Assembly (NCBI GenBank): GCA_964577955.1
Contig: CAZOAZ010000013.1
Location: 48,284 to 112,283 of the forward strand
Direction: 5' to 3'
Source: an uncultured Bifidobacterium sp.
GTDB lineage: Bacteria > Acidobacteriota > Vicinamibacteria > Vicinamibacterales > CAVVIG01
DNA: 64,000 bases
The notes beneath the pieces were generated by a model that searched no databases, was not told where the DNA came from, and was given only the letters and a program-made list of their open reading frames with translations. Below are positions 29,279-39,371 of the stretch, piece after piece. A program made the position numbers and the translations under genes. Each line of letters opens with the position of its first letter. Within the stretch, counting starts at the first letter, position 1.

Positions 29279-29292
29279 CCTGGTTTCCGGCT

Positions 29293-30501
29293 GTGACTGA
29301 CTCCCAGCGTGCGGTTGACATCCCGAGAGGGCGCTGGCGCGCTCTGTCGCCCGCGCGGCCGCTCTTCTGGCTGATCGTGCTGGTGGCCTGCGCACTCCCG
29401 CCGATTGTGCGGACGACGGTGCGCACGGGCCATGGCTTGGCGTTGCTCATTCGCGCGGCAGATCGAAACGGTCTCGTCCGCCGCCTGGCCGACCTCGATA
29501 CCACGGCCATTACCGAATCACGACTCAGCATTCCGTCGGCCGGCGGCGCGCTCGTGGCGCGCGTCTATGCCCCCGTGGATGCCCCCCGCTACGCGGTGCT
29601 CCTGATACCGGGGCTGCACCCCGGTGGGATCGACGAATCGCGCTTTGTGCGGCTGTCGCGGACGTTCGCCGAAGCTCGCGTCACCGTCGTGACCCCGGAG
29701 CTGCCCGCGCTTGGGGCATTCGAGATCACGCCACGGCTGACGGATCAAATCGAGGCGGCGGCGACGTGGCTGGCGCTCCGCTCAGGGCTTGCGCGCGATG
29801 GCCGGATCGGGCTGATGGGCGTCAGCTTCAGCGGCGGACTCGCGGTCGTGGCGGCCGGCCGTCCCGGTCTGCGCCACCATCTGCGGTACGTGTTCGCTCT
29901 TGGCGGCCACGACGATCTCGGCCGCGTCCTGAAGTACGTCTGCACGGGGCCCGAGGATCCGCTGGGCAGCTGCCTTCAGCCGCATGATTACGGTCTGGCG
30001 GTCGTCCTCCTGAACGTTGCAGAACAGGCCGTCCCGCCGGCGCAGGTGGCCCCTCTCCGCGCCGCCCTTCGCCATTTCCTCAACGCGTCGTATCTCGATC
30101 GGATTGACGCTGCCGCCGCCGAACGTGAATACGCGTCGGCCCGGGCGTTCGAGTCCATACTCGCCGAGCCGGCGGCGACGCTGCTGCGTCTGGTCAACCG
30201 GCGCGACGTGACGCAGCTCGGACGCCGCCTCGCGCCGCTGATGGCCACGCTCGCGCATGATCCGGCGCTGTCACCCTCGCGCGCCGCGACACCGGTCGCC
30301 CCGGTGTTTCTGCTGCACGGTCGGACTGACAGTGTCATTCCGGCGGATGAGTCCCGCCACCTGGCCGCGAGACTGCGAGAGCAGGCCGAGGTGCACCTGC
30401 TGATCACCGACGTGTTGACTCACGTGGATACCGCCGGCTCAATTGGCGTCGTCGAAGCTGCGACGCTGGCCCGCTTCTGGGGCGAGATGCTGGCGCGCTG
30501 A
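29293..30501 (+). CDS. Membrane-anchored alpha/beta hydrolase
   Basis: GVSFSGG elbow, LLHGRTDSVIP and LTHVD. Start codon uncertain. Confidence 0.75.
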   Translation: MTDSQRAVDIPRGRWRALSPARPLFWLIVLVACALPPIVRTTVRTGHGLALLIRAADRNGLVRRLADLDTTAITESRLSIPSAGGALVARVYAPVDAPRYAVLLIPGLHPGGIDESRFVRLSRTFAEARVTVVTPELPALGAFEITPRLTDQIEAAATWLALRSGLARDGRIGLMGVSFSGGLAVVAAGRPGLRHHLRYVFALGGHDDLGRVLKYVCTGPEDPLGSCLQPHDYGLAVVLLNVAEQAVPPAQVAPLRAALRHFLNASYLDRIDAAAAEREYASARAFESILAEPAATLLRLVNRRDVTQLGRRLAPLMATLAHDPALSPSRAATPVAPVFLLHGRTDSVIPADESRHLAARLREQAEVHLLITDVLTHVDTAGSIGVVEAATLARFWGEMLAR

Positions 30502-30519
30502 TCGAGCCAACGGCCCGAC

Positions 30520-30533
30520 GGCACGATCTCTGC
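30520..30533 (+). promoter_or_regulatory. sigma54 -24/-12 element for degP
   Basis: cGGCACG-atct-CTGCt; 15 nt before the ATG. Confidence 0.6.
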
Positions 30534-30548
30534 TCTTGCAAACCCGCC

Positions 30549-31970
30549 ATGAAGCTCCCCCGGCTGACCCGACGGCTCATTCTCGTCGGTTCGATGTCGT
30601 TCCTGGCGTGGAGCGCCTCGGCCCAAGACCTCCCGACGCCGACGGCCGACGCGCCCGGCGCCGGGTTCCGGGACATCGTCCGTCGCCAGAACCCGACGGT
30701 GGTATCGATCACCGCGCGGACGCACGTGCAGACCTGGCGGCCCGTCGAAGAGCAGGTCTTTCGGCTCTTTGGGGTGCAGCCCCCGGCGGCAAGCGAGCGG
30801 ATCGAAGAGGTCGCCGCCGCGGGCGTCATCATCAGCGCGACCGGCGAGATTCTCACCAACCACCACGTGGTCGAGAACGCAGACTCGATTGACGTGGTGC
30901 TGTTCGGCGACGAACGGACCCACTATCAAGCGACCGTGGTCGGCGGCGACGCGGTGCTGGACATCGCCCTGATTCGGCTCGAACGTCCGCCGCCACACCT
31001 GCCAATCGCCGTCCTGGGCGATTCGACGGCTCTTCTTCCCGGCGACTGGGTCCTGGCGATCGGCAACCCCTATCAACTGGGGCACTCCGTCACCGCGGGT
31101 GTCGTCAGCGCCGCGCCGCGCGGCGTGGCGATCGGCGATGACGCCTGGCGCGATCTGATTCAAACCGACGCGTCCATCACCTTTGGCAGTTCAGGCGGAC
31201 CCTTGATCGACACCCATGGCGCGGTGGTCGGCATCACCGTTGCGATGTTCGACAACGGGATCGAGGCCAAACCGAACATCGGATTCGCGGTGCCGGTGGA
31301 CAGTATCAAAGCGATCCTCCACCAACTGCGGGCGGGCCATGTGACGCGCGGCCGCATCGACGGCCTGTTCCTGCACCCCGATCCGATCCGGAGCGATGAG
31401 GCCGTGGAACTCGGACTCTCACGGCCGGGCGGCGCGATCATCAAGTCGGTCGCACGCGGCTCGGCGGCCGAACGCGCCGGCCTCCGTGCCGGCGATGTCA
31501 TCGTCACGGTCCAAGGACAGCTGGTCGCACAGCCGCGCGACGTCCTCATCCGCACATCGTCGGCGCATCCGGGTACCCTCATCCCGCTCGACATCGTACG
31601 CGGCGGTTCCACGCTCCGCACGAAAGCGCGGATCGAGGCGGTGCCCCTCGAGCCGGTGGCCCCCAAACCCGCTGCGGAATCAGCGCCAACTGACGGCTTC
31701 ACGTTCGACGACCTGACACCGGCGCTGGCCGCCGCGATCGAGTTTCCAGGCGACGCCCAGGGCGCGCGGGTCCTGGAGGTCGTGCCCGACAGTGCGGCCG
31801 ACGCGGCGGGGCTGGCCGCGGGTGACATCGTGCTGCGCGTGAACCGCGCGCGCATCCGCGGCGCGGCCGACCTCAGTGAAGCGCTGTCACGGATCGATCG
31901 CCGTCGGCCGGTCCTTCTGCTCGTCTGGCGCGAAGACACGGAAGTGTTTCTCTCAATACGAAGGGATTGA
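30549..31970 (+). CDS. DegP/HtrA (Do family) serine protease with two PDZ domains
   Basis: LTNHHVV (His), DIALI (Asp), QTDASITFGSSGGPL (Ser); two PDZ repeats. Confidence 0.92.
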   Translation: MKLPRLTRRLILVGSMSFLAWSASAQDLPTPTADAPGAGFRDIVRRQNPTVVSITARTHVQTWRPVEEQVFRLFGVQPPAASERIEEVAAAGVIISATGEILTNHHVVENADSIDVVLFGDERTHYQATVVGGDAVLDIALIRLERPPPHLPIAVLGDSTALLPGDWVLAIGNPYQLGHSVTAGVVSAAPRGVAIGDDAWRDLIQTDASITFGSSGGPLIDTHGAVVGITVAMFDNGIEAKPNIGFAVPVDSIKAILHQLRAGHVTRGRIDGLFLHPDPIRSDEAVELGLSRPGGAIIKSVARGSAAERAGLRAGDVIVTVQGQLVAQPRDVLIRTSSAHPGTLIPLDIVRGGSTLRTKARIEAVPLEPVAPKPAAESAPTDGFTFDDLTPALAAAIEFPGDAQGARVLEVVPDSAADAAGLAAGDIVLRVNRARIRGAADLSEALSRIDRRRPVLLLVWREDTEVFLSIRRD

Positions 31971-31973
31971 CTG

Positions 31974-32621
31974 ATGAGACCGCCATTTTCGCACGACGCT
32001 TTTCTCGATCTGTTCGGCGCCTACAATGCCGCGCTCTGGCCGGCCGTGACGGCACTGTGGCTCGCGACCGCGTGGCTGGGTCTTCTCACCGTGCGCGCCG
32101 CGGCGCCGGCGCCGCGCGCGATGTTCGGGCTTCTGGCAATCCACTGGGCGTGGTCAGGCGTCGCCTATCACTGGCTTTTCTTCCGGCGAATCAATCCCGC
32201 GGCGACGCTCTTCGCTGGTGCCTTCATCGTGGAGGCAATACTCTTCGCGTGGTTGGCGACGGCGCGCGGTCAGTGGGTCGCGCGGCGAGGGTTCCCGCGC
32301 GCGGTTGGCACAGGCTTTCTGATCTACGGACTGCTCTACCCGGTTCTCGGGATCGCCTCCGGCATGGAGTATCCACGGGTGCCGCTCTTCGCAGTCCCGT
32401 GTCCCACCGCGTTGGTCACGGCCGGTCTGCTGCTGATGTACGCGCACATACCGTGGGGGGTGAAGGTCATCCCGATACTCTGGGCCGTTGTCGCGAGTTC
32501 CGCGGCCATCTTTCTCGGTGTCTGGGCCGACCTTGCCCTCGTGGTGGCAGCCGTGGCGCTGATGGCAGACATGATCCGCTGGCCCGAGTTGACCCACCCT
32601 CGCCGACTCTACGTGCGCTGA
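31974..32621 (+). CDS. DUF6064-like membrane protein
   Basis: FLDLFGAYNAALWP, WAWSGVAYHW and PCPTALVTAGLL. Confidence 0.7.
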   Translation: MRPPFSHDAFLDLFGAYNAALWPAVTALWLATAWLGLLTVRAAAPAPRAMFGLLAIHWAWSGVAYHWLFFRRINPAATLFAGAFIVEAILFAWLATARGQWVARRGFPRAVGTGFLIYGLLYPVLGIASGMEYPRVPLFAVPCPTALVTAGLLLMYAHIPWGVKVIPILWAVVASSAAIFLGVWADLALVVAAVALMADMIRWPELTHPRRLYVR

Positions 32622-32682
32622 CGTCGGAGCGGAACCCGGCAACGACGACGCGGTGTCTCAGGACCCGTCGTCATGCCACCGC

Positions 32683-32716
32683 GGGAAATGCCGCATCGCC
32701 GCCGGAGTTTTCCGCA
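32683..32716. promoter_or_regulatory. Tandem putative enhancer (UAS) boxes
   Basis: GGGAAATGCCGCA (32683) and GGAGTTTTCCGCA (32704), 21-bp period. Confidence 0.7.
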
Positions 32717-32777
32717 ATCCGTTCCTCCCGACGCCGTTTCCGGCGCGAAAACAGGCGGTTCCTGGCCAGGCCGGTTG

Positions 32778-32791
32778 GGCATTGCTCTTGC
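32778..32791 (+). promoter_or_regulatory. sigma54 -24/-12 element for the BON-ABC-groEL operon
   Basis: gGGCAT-tgctc-TTGCc. Confidence 0.7.
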
Positions 32792-32843
32792 CCTCCAGCG
32801 AGACGAGGTTCGTGACACGACTTCGTCAATCAAGGAGAAACCG

Positions 32844-33548
32844 ATGAGCACCCTCAACATGACGACCGCCGACATGCAGCTCCGCGACAACGTGCTCTGG
32901 CAACTCGAGTGGGATCAGGCGGTGGACGCGGCCGGCATCGGTGTCGCCGCGGCCGATGCGACGGTCACCCTGACCGGCTACATCAACAGCTACGCCGGCA
33001 AACTGGCCGCGGAGCGTGCCGCCAAGCAGATCCGCGGCGTACGCGCGGTCGCCAACGAGATCCAGGTCCGCCCGATGCTGGAGCGCACGGACTCCGACAT
33101 TGCCGACGACGTGGTCTATGCGCTGCGGTTGAACCACTATGTCCCGGCGGCCGTGCAGGCCAGCGTCCGACATGGGCACGTCGTCCTGACCGGAAAGGTC
33201 GACTTCCGCTTCCAGAAAGACGCGGCCCAAGACGCTGTCCGCCATATCCGCGGCCTGCGCCACGTCGACAACCACATCGAGATCTCGGCCAAAGGCGCGG
33301 CGCGCGACGTCCGCAAGCACATCGTCAAAGCCCTGCACCAGAACGCGGCCGTCGAAGCCGAACACATCGAGGTCAACATTGCCGGCTCGGTCGCGACGCT
33401 GACCGGCACGGTGGGCAGCCTGGTCCAGCGCGAAACCGCGGAACAGGCGGCGGCGCAGACGCCCGGCATCACGGACGTCGAGAACCGTATCGTCGTCGTC
33501 AACCGATTGCTGCCCTTGAGCGACCCTGCCGCCGACCGCGAGTGCTGA
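32844..33548 (+). CDS. BON domain (OsmY-like) protein, three domains
   Basis: RBS AAGGAG; VTLTG...GVRAVANEI, VVLTGKV...VDNHI and ATLTG...VENRI. Confidence 0.9.
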   Translation: MSTLNMTTADMQLRDNVLWQLEWDQAVDAAGIGVAAADATVTLTGYINSYAGKLAAERAAKQIRGVRAVANEIQVRPMLERTDSDIADDVVYALRLNHYVPAAVQASVRHGHVVLTGKVDFRFQKDAAQDAVRHIRGLRHVDNHIEISAKGAARDVRKHIVKALHQNAAVEAEHIEVNIAGSVATLTGTVGSLVQRETAEQAAAQTPGITDVENRIVVVNRLLPLSDPAADREC

Positions 33549-33567
33549 CCGCGAGTCCGGGAACGAT

Positions 33568-34338
33568 ATGACCGCCCCGCTCATCTCGCTCCGGGACGTC
33601 ACCAAGATCTACAGTCTTGGCGCGGAACCCGTCCACGCGCTGCGCGGCGTCAGCGTCGACGTGCGGCGCGGGGAATTCATCGCGGTGACGGGCCCGTCGG
33701 GATCCGGCAAGTCGACCTTCATGCACATCGTCGGCTGCCTCGACCACCCGACGAGCGGCGAGTACTGGCTGAACGGCCGCAATGTCGCCGCTCTCTCGAA
33801 GGATGAACTCGCCGAGATTCGCAACCGCGACATCGGCTTCGTGTTCCAAGGGTTCAACCTGCTCTCGCGGACGACCGCGCTCGACAATGTCGAACTGCCG
33901 CTGCTCTACTCGCCGGGAGTGTCGACGCGGGAACGGCACGATCGCGCCCGAGCGGCGCTCGAGGCAGTTGGGCTCGGTGATCGGCTCTCGCACACCTCCA
34001 GCCAGATGTCCGGAGGTCAGCAGCAGCGCGTGGCGATTGCCCGAGCCCTGGTCAACCATCCGGCGCTGCTGCTGGCCGACGAACCCACCGGCAATCTGGA
34101 TTCGAAGACCAGCGTCGAGATCATCGACATCTTCCAGCGGCTCAACGTCGAGCGGAACCTGACGATCCTGCTGGTGACACACGAACCCGACATCGCGCAC
34201 TACGCGGCGCGCCAGATTCGGTTTGTCGACGGCCGCATTCAGCGCGACGAGCCGGTTGCGCACCCCCACAATGCGGCAGCCGACCTCGCCGCGATTGCGG
34301 ACCCTGAACGCCGCGCCGAACATGGACTCGTTGCCTAA
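33568..34338 (+). CDS. ABC transporter ATP-binding protein (LolD/MacB type), orphan
   Basis: GPSGSGKS, MSGGQQQRVAIAR and LLADEPTGNLD. Confidence 0.92.
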   Translation: MTAPLISLRDVTKIYSLGAEPVHALRGVSVDVRRGEFIAVTGPSGSGKSTFMHIVGCLDHPTSGEYWLNGRNVAALSKDELAEIRNRDIGFVFQGFNLLSRTTALDNVELPLLYSPGVSTRERHDRARAALEAVGLGDRLSHTSSQMSGGQQQRVAIARALVNHPALLLADEPTGNLDSKTSVEIIDIFQRLNVERNLTILLVTHEPDIAHYAARQIRFVDGRIQRDEPVAHPHNAAADLAAIADPERRAEHGLVA

Positions 34339-34359
34339 CCGATACGCGGAGACATTCAC

Positions 34360-35985
34360 GTGCCACACAAACGTCTGTTCTTCCGATCTGAAGCTCGCGA
34401 AAAGATTCTGAAGGGCGCGACGGCGATCGCCGACGCCGTCCGCGTCACCCTCGGCCCGCGGTCGCGCTGTGTCCTGATTGAGAAGAAATGGGGCAAGCCG
34501 GTCGTCTGCAACGACGGCGTGACCATCGCCAAGGAATTCGCCCTCAAGGATCCCGAGGAAAACCTCGGCGCCCAGATGCTGCGCGGCGCCGCCGAGCGGA
34601 CCGGCGATTCAGTCGGCGACGGCACCACCACGTCGACCATCCTGGCGCACGCGATCGTCGCCGAGGGCGTGCGAAACATTGCCGCCGGTGCCAGCGCCAT
34701 CGATCTCAAACGCGGGCTCGATCGCGCGGCGCAGGTCGCCATCACCGCGCTCCGCTCGCAGTCGAAGCCGGTCCAGAGCGAGCGGGAGAAGATGCAAGTC
34801 GCGACCATCTCCGCGCACAACGATCCCGAGATCGGCGCGCTCGTCGCGCGCGCCATCGAGAAGGTCGGCGGCGAAGGCGTGGTCACGGTCGAAGAAGCCA
34901 AGGGCACCGAGACGACCATGGACATTGTCGAAGGGTTGCAGTTCGACCGCGGCTACTTGTCTCCGTACTTCGTGACCGACCCCGAGAAGATGGAAGCGGT
35001 GCTGGAAGATGCGCTGATCCTGATTTACGAGGGCAAGATCACGAACGTCAAGGACTTCGTGCCGCTGCTCGAGCAGATCGCCAAGCGTGGCAGTCCGCTG
35101 CTGGTGATTGCCGAGGACGTCGAGGGCGAAGCCCTCGCCACGCTGGTCGTCAACCGGTTGCGCGGCGTCTTTGCCAACGTCGCCGTCAAGTCCCCGGGGT
35201 TCGGCGATCGGCGCAAGGCGATGCTGCAGGATCTCGCCATCGTCACCGGCGGGCAGCTGATCGCCACCGAGCTCGGCATCCGTCTCGAAAACGTCGCACC
35301 CGAGCAGCTCGGGCGCGCCTCGCGCGTCGTCGTCGATCGCGACCACACCACCATCGTCGGCGGCAAGGGCGACAAGGCGGCGATCGCCGGACGCTGCCAG
35401 GAACTGCGCAAGCAGATCGCCGATACGACCTCCGACTATGACCGCGAGAAACTCGAGGAGCGGCTCGCGAAGCTGTCCGGCGGCGTCGCCGTGATCCGCG
35501 CCGGAGCGCCGTCCGAAGCGGAGATGAAGAGCCGGCACGAAGCGTTCGACGATGCGATTCACGCCACGCGCGCCGCCGTCGCCGAGGGCGTCGTACCGGG
35601 CGCCGGCCTGGCGCTGCTGCGGACCATTGCCGCCGTCGAGGCCGAGGCCATGCGACTGGAGGGCGACGAACGCTCGGGCGCGCACATCCTGCGCCGCGCC
35701 CTCGAAGCGCCGGCGCGCCAGATCGCCGAGAACTCCGGCGTCGACGGCGGCGTCGTGATCGAGAAGATGCGCAACGGCACCGGCAACTACGGCTTCGACG
35801 CCGCCACGGGGAAGTATGTCGACCTGATCGAGGCCGGCATCATCGACCCGACCAAGGTCGTACGCCTCGCGCTGGAGAACGCCGTGTCGGCGGCCAGCGT
35901 GCTGCTGCTGACCGAAGCCACCATGACCGAAGTGCCCGATGCCAAACCGGAACCGCTGTCGGCAGGCGGCGACGCGGGTTTGTGA
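34360..35985 (+). CDS. groL: Chaperonin GroEL paralogue without adjacent groES
   Basis: VTLGPR, NDGVTIAKE, GDGTTT, QFDRGYLSPYF and IIDPTKV. Confidence 0.95.
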   Translation: MPHKRLFFRSEAREKILKGATAIADAVRVTLGPRSRCVLIEKKWGKPVVCNDGVTIAKEFALKDPEENLGAQMLRGAAERTGDSVGDGTTTSTILAHAIVAEGVRNIAAGASAIDLKRGLDRAAQVAITALRSQSKPVQSEREKMQVATISAHNDPEIGALVARAIEKVGGEGVVTVEEAKGTETTMDIVEGLQFDRGYLSPYFVTDPEKMEAVLEDALILIYEGKITNVKDFVPLLEQIAKRGSPLLVIAEDVEGEALATLVVNRLRGVFANVAVKSPGFGDRRKAMLQDLAIVTGGQLIATELGIRLENVAPEQLGRASRVVVDRDHTTIVGGKGDKAAIAGRCQELRKQIADTTSDYDREKLEERLAKLSGGVAVIRAGAPSEAEMKSRHEAFDDAIHATRAAVAEGVVPGAGLALLRTIAAVEAEAMRLEGDERSGAHILRRALEAPARQIAENSGVDGGVVIEKMRNGTGNYGFDAATGKYVDLIEAGIIDPTKVVRLALENAVSAASVLLLTEATMTEVPDAKPEPLSAGGDAGL

Positions 35986-36005
35986 GGGGCTGACAGGCCC
36001 CTTTT
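35985..36005 (+). terminator. Short GC hairpin plus U-run after groL
   Basis: AGGGGC-tgacag-GCCCCT-TTT. Confidence 0.35.
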
Positions 36006-36017
36006 CAGGAGACGACG

Positions 36018-37076
36018 ATGATGTTCCGACCAGGACCGGCCGCTCGGTGCGGCATGCTGATGTTGGCGGCGATGCTCCTTGACGCCCCCGCGGCAAAGGC
36101 TCAGACCACCAGGCAGCCGGAGTTGAAAACGCTCAAGGCCGACTTCGTGCCCGGCGAGAGGACGATCTTCTTCGACGACTTCAGCGACATGGGCGCCGAC
36201 GACGCGCCGCCGCATTTCAAGTCGCGCGGTGCGGCACCGGAGCTCCGCGCCGGCGACGGCATCAAGCAGCTGACCATCGTTCAGGGGAACACGTTAACCC
36301 CAAACCTGACGGCACTCCCTCCCAACTTCACTTTCGAGAGCGACGTGAAGTTCGACACGCCAAAGGGTCTCGGTCGCATCTTCGTCTCCCTGTTCTCCAA
36401 GAACCGCGAGGCCGTCACCTGGATGTTGTCCGTGCGCGCGACCGGCATCGACACGACGCTGGCGCAGAAGCTGCCGAAATATCAAGAGCTGGCCCGCAAG
36501 ACCGGCATCAAGGTTCCCCTCGCCGAACCAGCCGCGTTGGCCTGGTGGATTCAGGATGGACGGTTGCGCCTCTTCATCAACGGGGAGCGCCATGTCGACG
36601 TCAATCAAGTCGAATTGCCGCCGATCGATCGCGTCGAGATCAAGACCGATATCGTCGGCGCGGGAACCACGGTCGGATTTCGGCGCGTCCGGTTTGCCGA
36701 GTCGGCGCCTGATGTCAGCGCGTCGATCAACGCCGCGGGCCGCTATGTCTCGCACGGGATCACGTTCGACACCGACAGCGACCGGTTGAAGCCCGAATCG
36801 GCGGCATCCGTGCAAGCGGTCGCGAAGGCGCTGGAGTTGAATCCCAACCTCCGGCTGCGCATCGAAGGACACACCGACGCCCTCGGCGACGCGACGCACA
36901 ATCTCAACTTGTCGACACGCCGCGCCGAAGCGGTGAAGGCCGTGCTGGTCGGGCAGTTCGGTGTCGATTCATCCCGCTTGACCGCGACGGGCCTGGGCGC
37001 CACCAAGCCGGCCGACTCGAACGACACGCCGGCGGGACGAGCCCAGAATCGGCGGGTCGAATTCGTCCGCCAATAG
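36018..37076 (+). CDS. OmpA-family (C-terminal peptidoglycan-binding) protein
   Basis: DFVPGERTIFFDDF N-terminus; IEGHTD, LSTRRAEAV and NRRVEF. Confidence 0.88.
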   Translation: MMFRPGPAARCGMLMLAAMLLDAPAAKAQTTRQPELKTLKADFVPGERTIFFDDFSDMGADDAPPHFKSRGAAPELRAGDGIKQLTIVQGNTLTPNLTALPPNFTFESDVKFDTPKGLGRIFVSLFSKNREAVTWMLSVRATGIDTTLAQKLPKYQELARKTGIKVPLAEPAALAWWIQDGRLRLFINGERHVDVNQVELPPIDRVEIKTDIVGAGTTVGFRRVRFAESAPDVSASINAAGRYVSHGITFDTDSDRLKPESAASVQAVAKALELNPNLRLRIEGHTDALGDATHNLNLSTRRAEAVKAVLVGQFGVDSSRLTATGLGATKPADSNDTPAGRAQNRRVEFVRQ

Positions 37077-37105
37077 CCGACGATGCCACCTCGCCCACGG
37101 AACGG

Positions 37106-38104
37106 ATGATGCGGGCCCACTCGATTGCACGCTCCACGTTCGCGGTCGTGGCCACGGCGGCCGCGGTCGGCCTGCTGCTGGTGCAGTGTGGCAAGGGGCC
37201 CACCGAACCGAGCGTCACGCCGCCGCCGGCGGCGGCGACCGTGCCTGCTTCGGCTCCGGGGCCGGTGATCGCCCTGCCGAGTCCGCCGGTGCTGTTCTCC
37301 GGCGCCGGCGACATCGCCAATTGCTCGGTGCCTGGCACGAACCACGAGGGCACCGCGCGCATCCTTGAAGGGATCGGCGGCCGCATCTTCACGCTGGGAG
37401 ACAATGCCTACCCGCGTGGCCAGCGCGAGGACTTTCAGAATTGCTATGACGCCAGCTGGGGCCGGCCCTCGCTGCGGCTCCGGACGTACCCCTCGCCGGG
37501 CAATCACGACTACGGTGATACGGTCCGCCACGAGGCGGCGCCGTACTACAACTACTTCGACAATGCCGGACCCGCGGGCCTTGGCTACTACTCATACGAC
37601 TGGGGCGATTGGCACATCATCTCGCTGAACAGCAACTTTTACGGCACGAGGCCCAACGCCGGCGAGCCCGGCGCGGCGCAGATGTCGTGGCTGTTCCAGG
37701 ATCTGCAGGCCAGTCACGCCAAGTGCACACTCGCCTACTGGCATCATCCGGCATTCTCATCCGGACAGAACGGACCGAGCGTCGGCATGCGTCCCGTCTT
37801 CCGGCTCCTGTATGAAGCGGGCGCGGACGTCGTCCTGAACGGTCACGATCATCTGTACGAACGGTTCGACCCACAGAATTCCGAGGGGCAGCCCGACGCC
37901 GCACGTGGCATCCGGCAGTTCATCGTCGGGACCGGAGGCACGCTGCCATTGTCGCCGGTGGTCAACCTCGCGTTGAACAGTCAGGTCCGCCGCACAGGCA
38001 TGTTCGGCATCTTGAAGATGACGCTCAGCGCCGAGTCGTATTCGTGGGAATTCATCACCGTCGACCACGGCGTTCAGGACAGCGGATCGGCAACGTGCCA
38101 CTAA
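37106..38104 (+). CDS. Calcineurin-like metallophosphoesterase, exported
   Basis: AGDIA, LGDNAY, PGNHDY and NGHDH motifs. Confidence 0.88.
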   Translation: MMRAHSIARSTFAVVATAAAVGLLLVQCGKGPTEPSVTPPPAAATVPASAPGPVIALPSPPVLFSGAGDIANCSVPGTNHEGTARILEGIGGRIFTLGDNAYPRGQREDFQNCYDASWGRPSLRLRTYPSPGNHDYGDTVRHEAAPYYNYFDNAGPAGLGYYSYDWGDWHIISLNSNFYGTRPNAGEPGAAQMSWLFQDLQASHAKCTLAYWHHPAFSSGQNGPSVGMRPVFRLLYEAGADVVLNGHDHLYERFDPQNSEGQPDAARGIRQFIVGTGGTLPLSPVVNLALNSQVRRTGMFGILKMTLSAESYSWEFITVDHGVQDSGSATCH

Positions 38105-38123
38105 TGATCGGATCGAGGTAGCC

Positions 38124-38750
38124 ATGGCATATCCAGTCTCCGTGGACGTCGTGCCGCAGGTGGAGCAGCGAAACCGTCTGACGACGGCCTTCCGCCTCAT
38201 CCTGGCGATTCCCCACGTCATCCTCGTCGGGGGGATCGGCATCGGGCTCTCATACCGACGTGAGAACACCAGCATGTTGGGGGGCGAAGCCGGTCTGCTC
38301 GGAGCCGTCGCGACGTTCATGGCGATCGTCAGCTGGTTCACGATCCTGATCGCGGGGCTGCACATCACCGGGATCCGTCAGTTCACCACGTTCTACATGC
38401 GCTGGCGGGTCCGCGCGCTGGCGTATCTGATGCTCCTCGTCGATCCCTATCCGCCGTTTGGCGACATGCCGTATCCGGCATCGATCGATATCGTGGATCC
38501 GATCGGCCCGCGCGACCGCCTGACGGTCGCTGTCCGATTCTTCCTCGCCATCCCGCACTTCATCGTGCTCGCCTTCGTTCTGCTGGCATGGGGCGTCACG
38601 ACCATCGTGGCGTGGTTCGCGATTCTCTTCATGGGTACGTATCCCCAAGGCCTCTATCAGTTCGGTGTCGGCGTCCTCAGGTGGCGGCTTCGCGTCGAGT
38701 CGTATCTGCTGCTCCTCGTCGACGACTACCCACCGTTTTCGCTGTCGTAG
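38124..38750 (+). CDS. DUF4389 domain membrane protein
   Basis: Two repeats R(N/D)RLT.A.R..LAIPH...YPPF. Confidence 0.88.
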   Translation: MAYPVSVDVVPQVEQRNRLTTAFRLILAIPHVILVGGIGIGLSYRRENTSMLGGEAGLLGAVATFMAIVSWFTILIAGLHITGIRQFTTFYMRWRVRALAYLMLLVDPYPPFGDMPYPASIDIVDPIGPRDRLTVAVRFFLAIPHFIVLAFVLLAWGVTTIVAWFAILFMGTYPQGLYQFGVGVLRWRLRVESYLLLLVDDYPPFSLS

Positions 38751-38756
38751 GCCGGT

Positions 38757-39371
38757 TCAGATCGACAGACTGCGGCAGCACTCCGGGATTTCACCGCGGA
38801 GCCACTGCAGCGCGCGCTCCACCTTGTCCACGAACTCGATCGACGATTCAACGACGAATCGGCGCGGGTGGCTGGCCCAGACTTCGGCGATGCGGGCGTC
38901 AATCTGCGCCGCGACTTCGGCTGACTCGGTCCGCAGCGGATTCCGGTGGTTGTAGCCGTTGTGACCGGCCGGCGTGCGGAGATGCAGCACGGCATCGTAA
39001 CGCGCCATTTCAGTCTCGGGCGTTGTCCCGAGGGCGGTGAAGAAGTCGGAGAGGCCCCCAGGCCAGTAGGCCGCCCCATCGACCGTTCCGCGATCGCACA
39101 GGACGATGGCGGCATTGTGCGAGTCGCCCGCCGCCTCGAGCTCGCGCTGGACGTAGTAGATGGCGCGTTGCGCCGCCCGCTGGCACACGAGATCGTCTTC
39201 GCGCGGGAAGCCGCCGCCGAAGACCACGCCGGCCGACTCGGGCAGAATCCTCACGTGCGGACAAAATGCCTGGCGCACCAGTTCGAGCAGCGCCGTCTTT
39301 CCGGCGCCTGGCCCGCCGGTCAGCGCCACGCGGCGTCGTGCGTGAACCCTCGTGCAGCCGCATGTCGTCAT
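38757..39371 (-). CDS. AAA_28 (NadR/Ttd14-like) P-loop NTPase
   Basis: VALTGGPGAGKT, LCDRGTVDG and YDAVLHL. Confidence 0.8.
   Translation of the reverse strand: MTTCGCTRVHARRRVALTGGPGAGKTALLELVRQAFCPHVRILPESAGVVFGGGFPREDDLVCQRAAQRAIYYVQRELEAAGDSHNAAIVLCDRGTVDGAAYWPGGLSDFFTALGTTPETEMARYDAVLHLRTPAGHNGYNHRNPLRTESAEVAAQIDARIAEVWASHPRRFVVESSIEFVDKVERALQWLRGEIPECCRSLSI

Noticed and set aside
28426-29292. N-terminal extension of the 691-aa ORF
   Set aside because: It is antisense to the Cys-motif gene and spans promoter DNA; hydrolase homology begins near 29293.
34609-36096. Long antisense ORFs (also 43593-45113, 50794-52140, 58511-60025, 22099-23412)
   Set aside because: Shadow ORFs opposite well-supported genes, typical of high-GC codon bias; no recognisable motifs.
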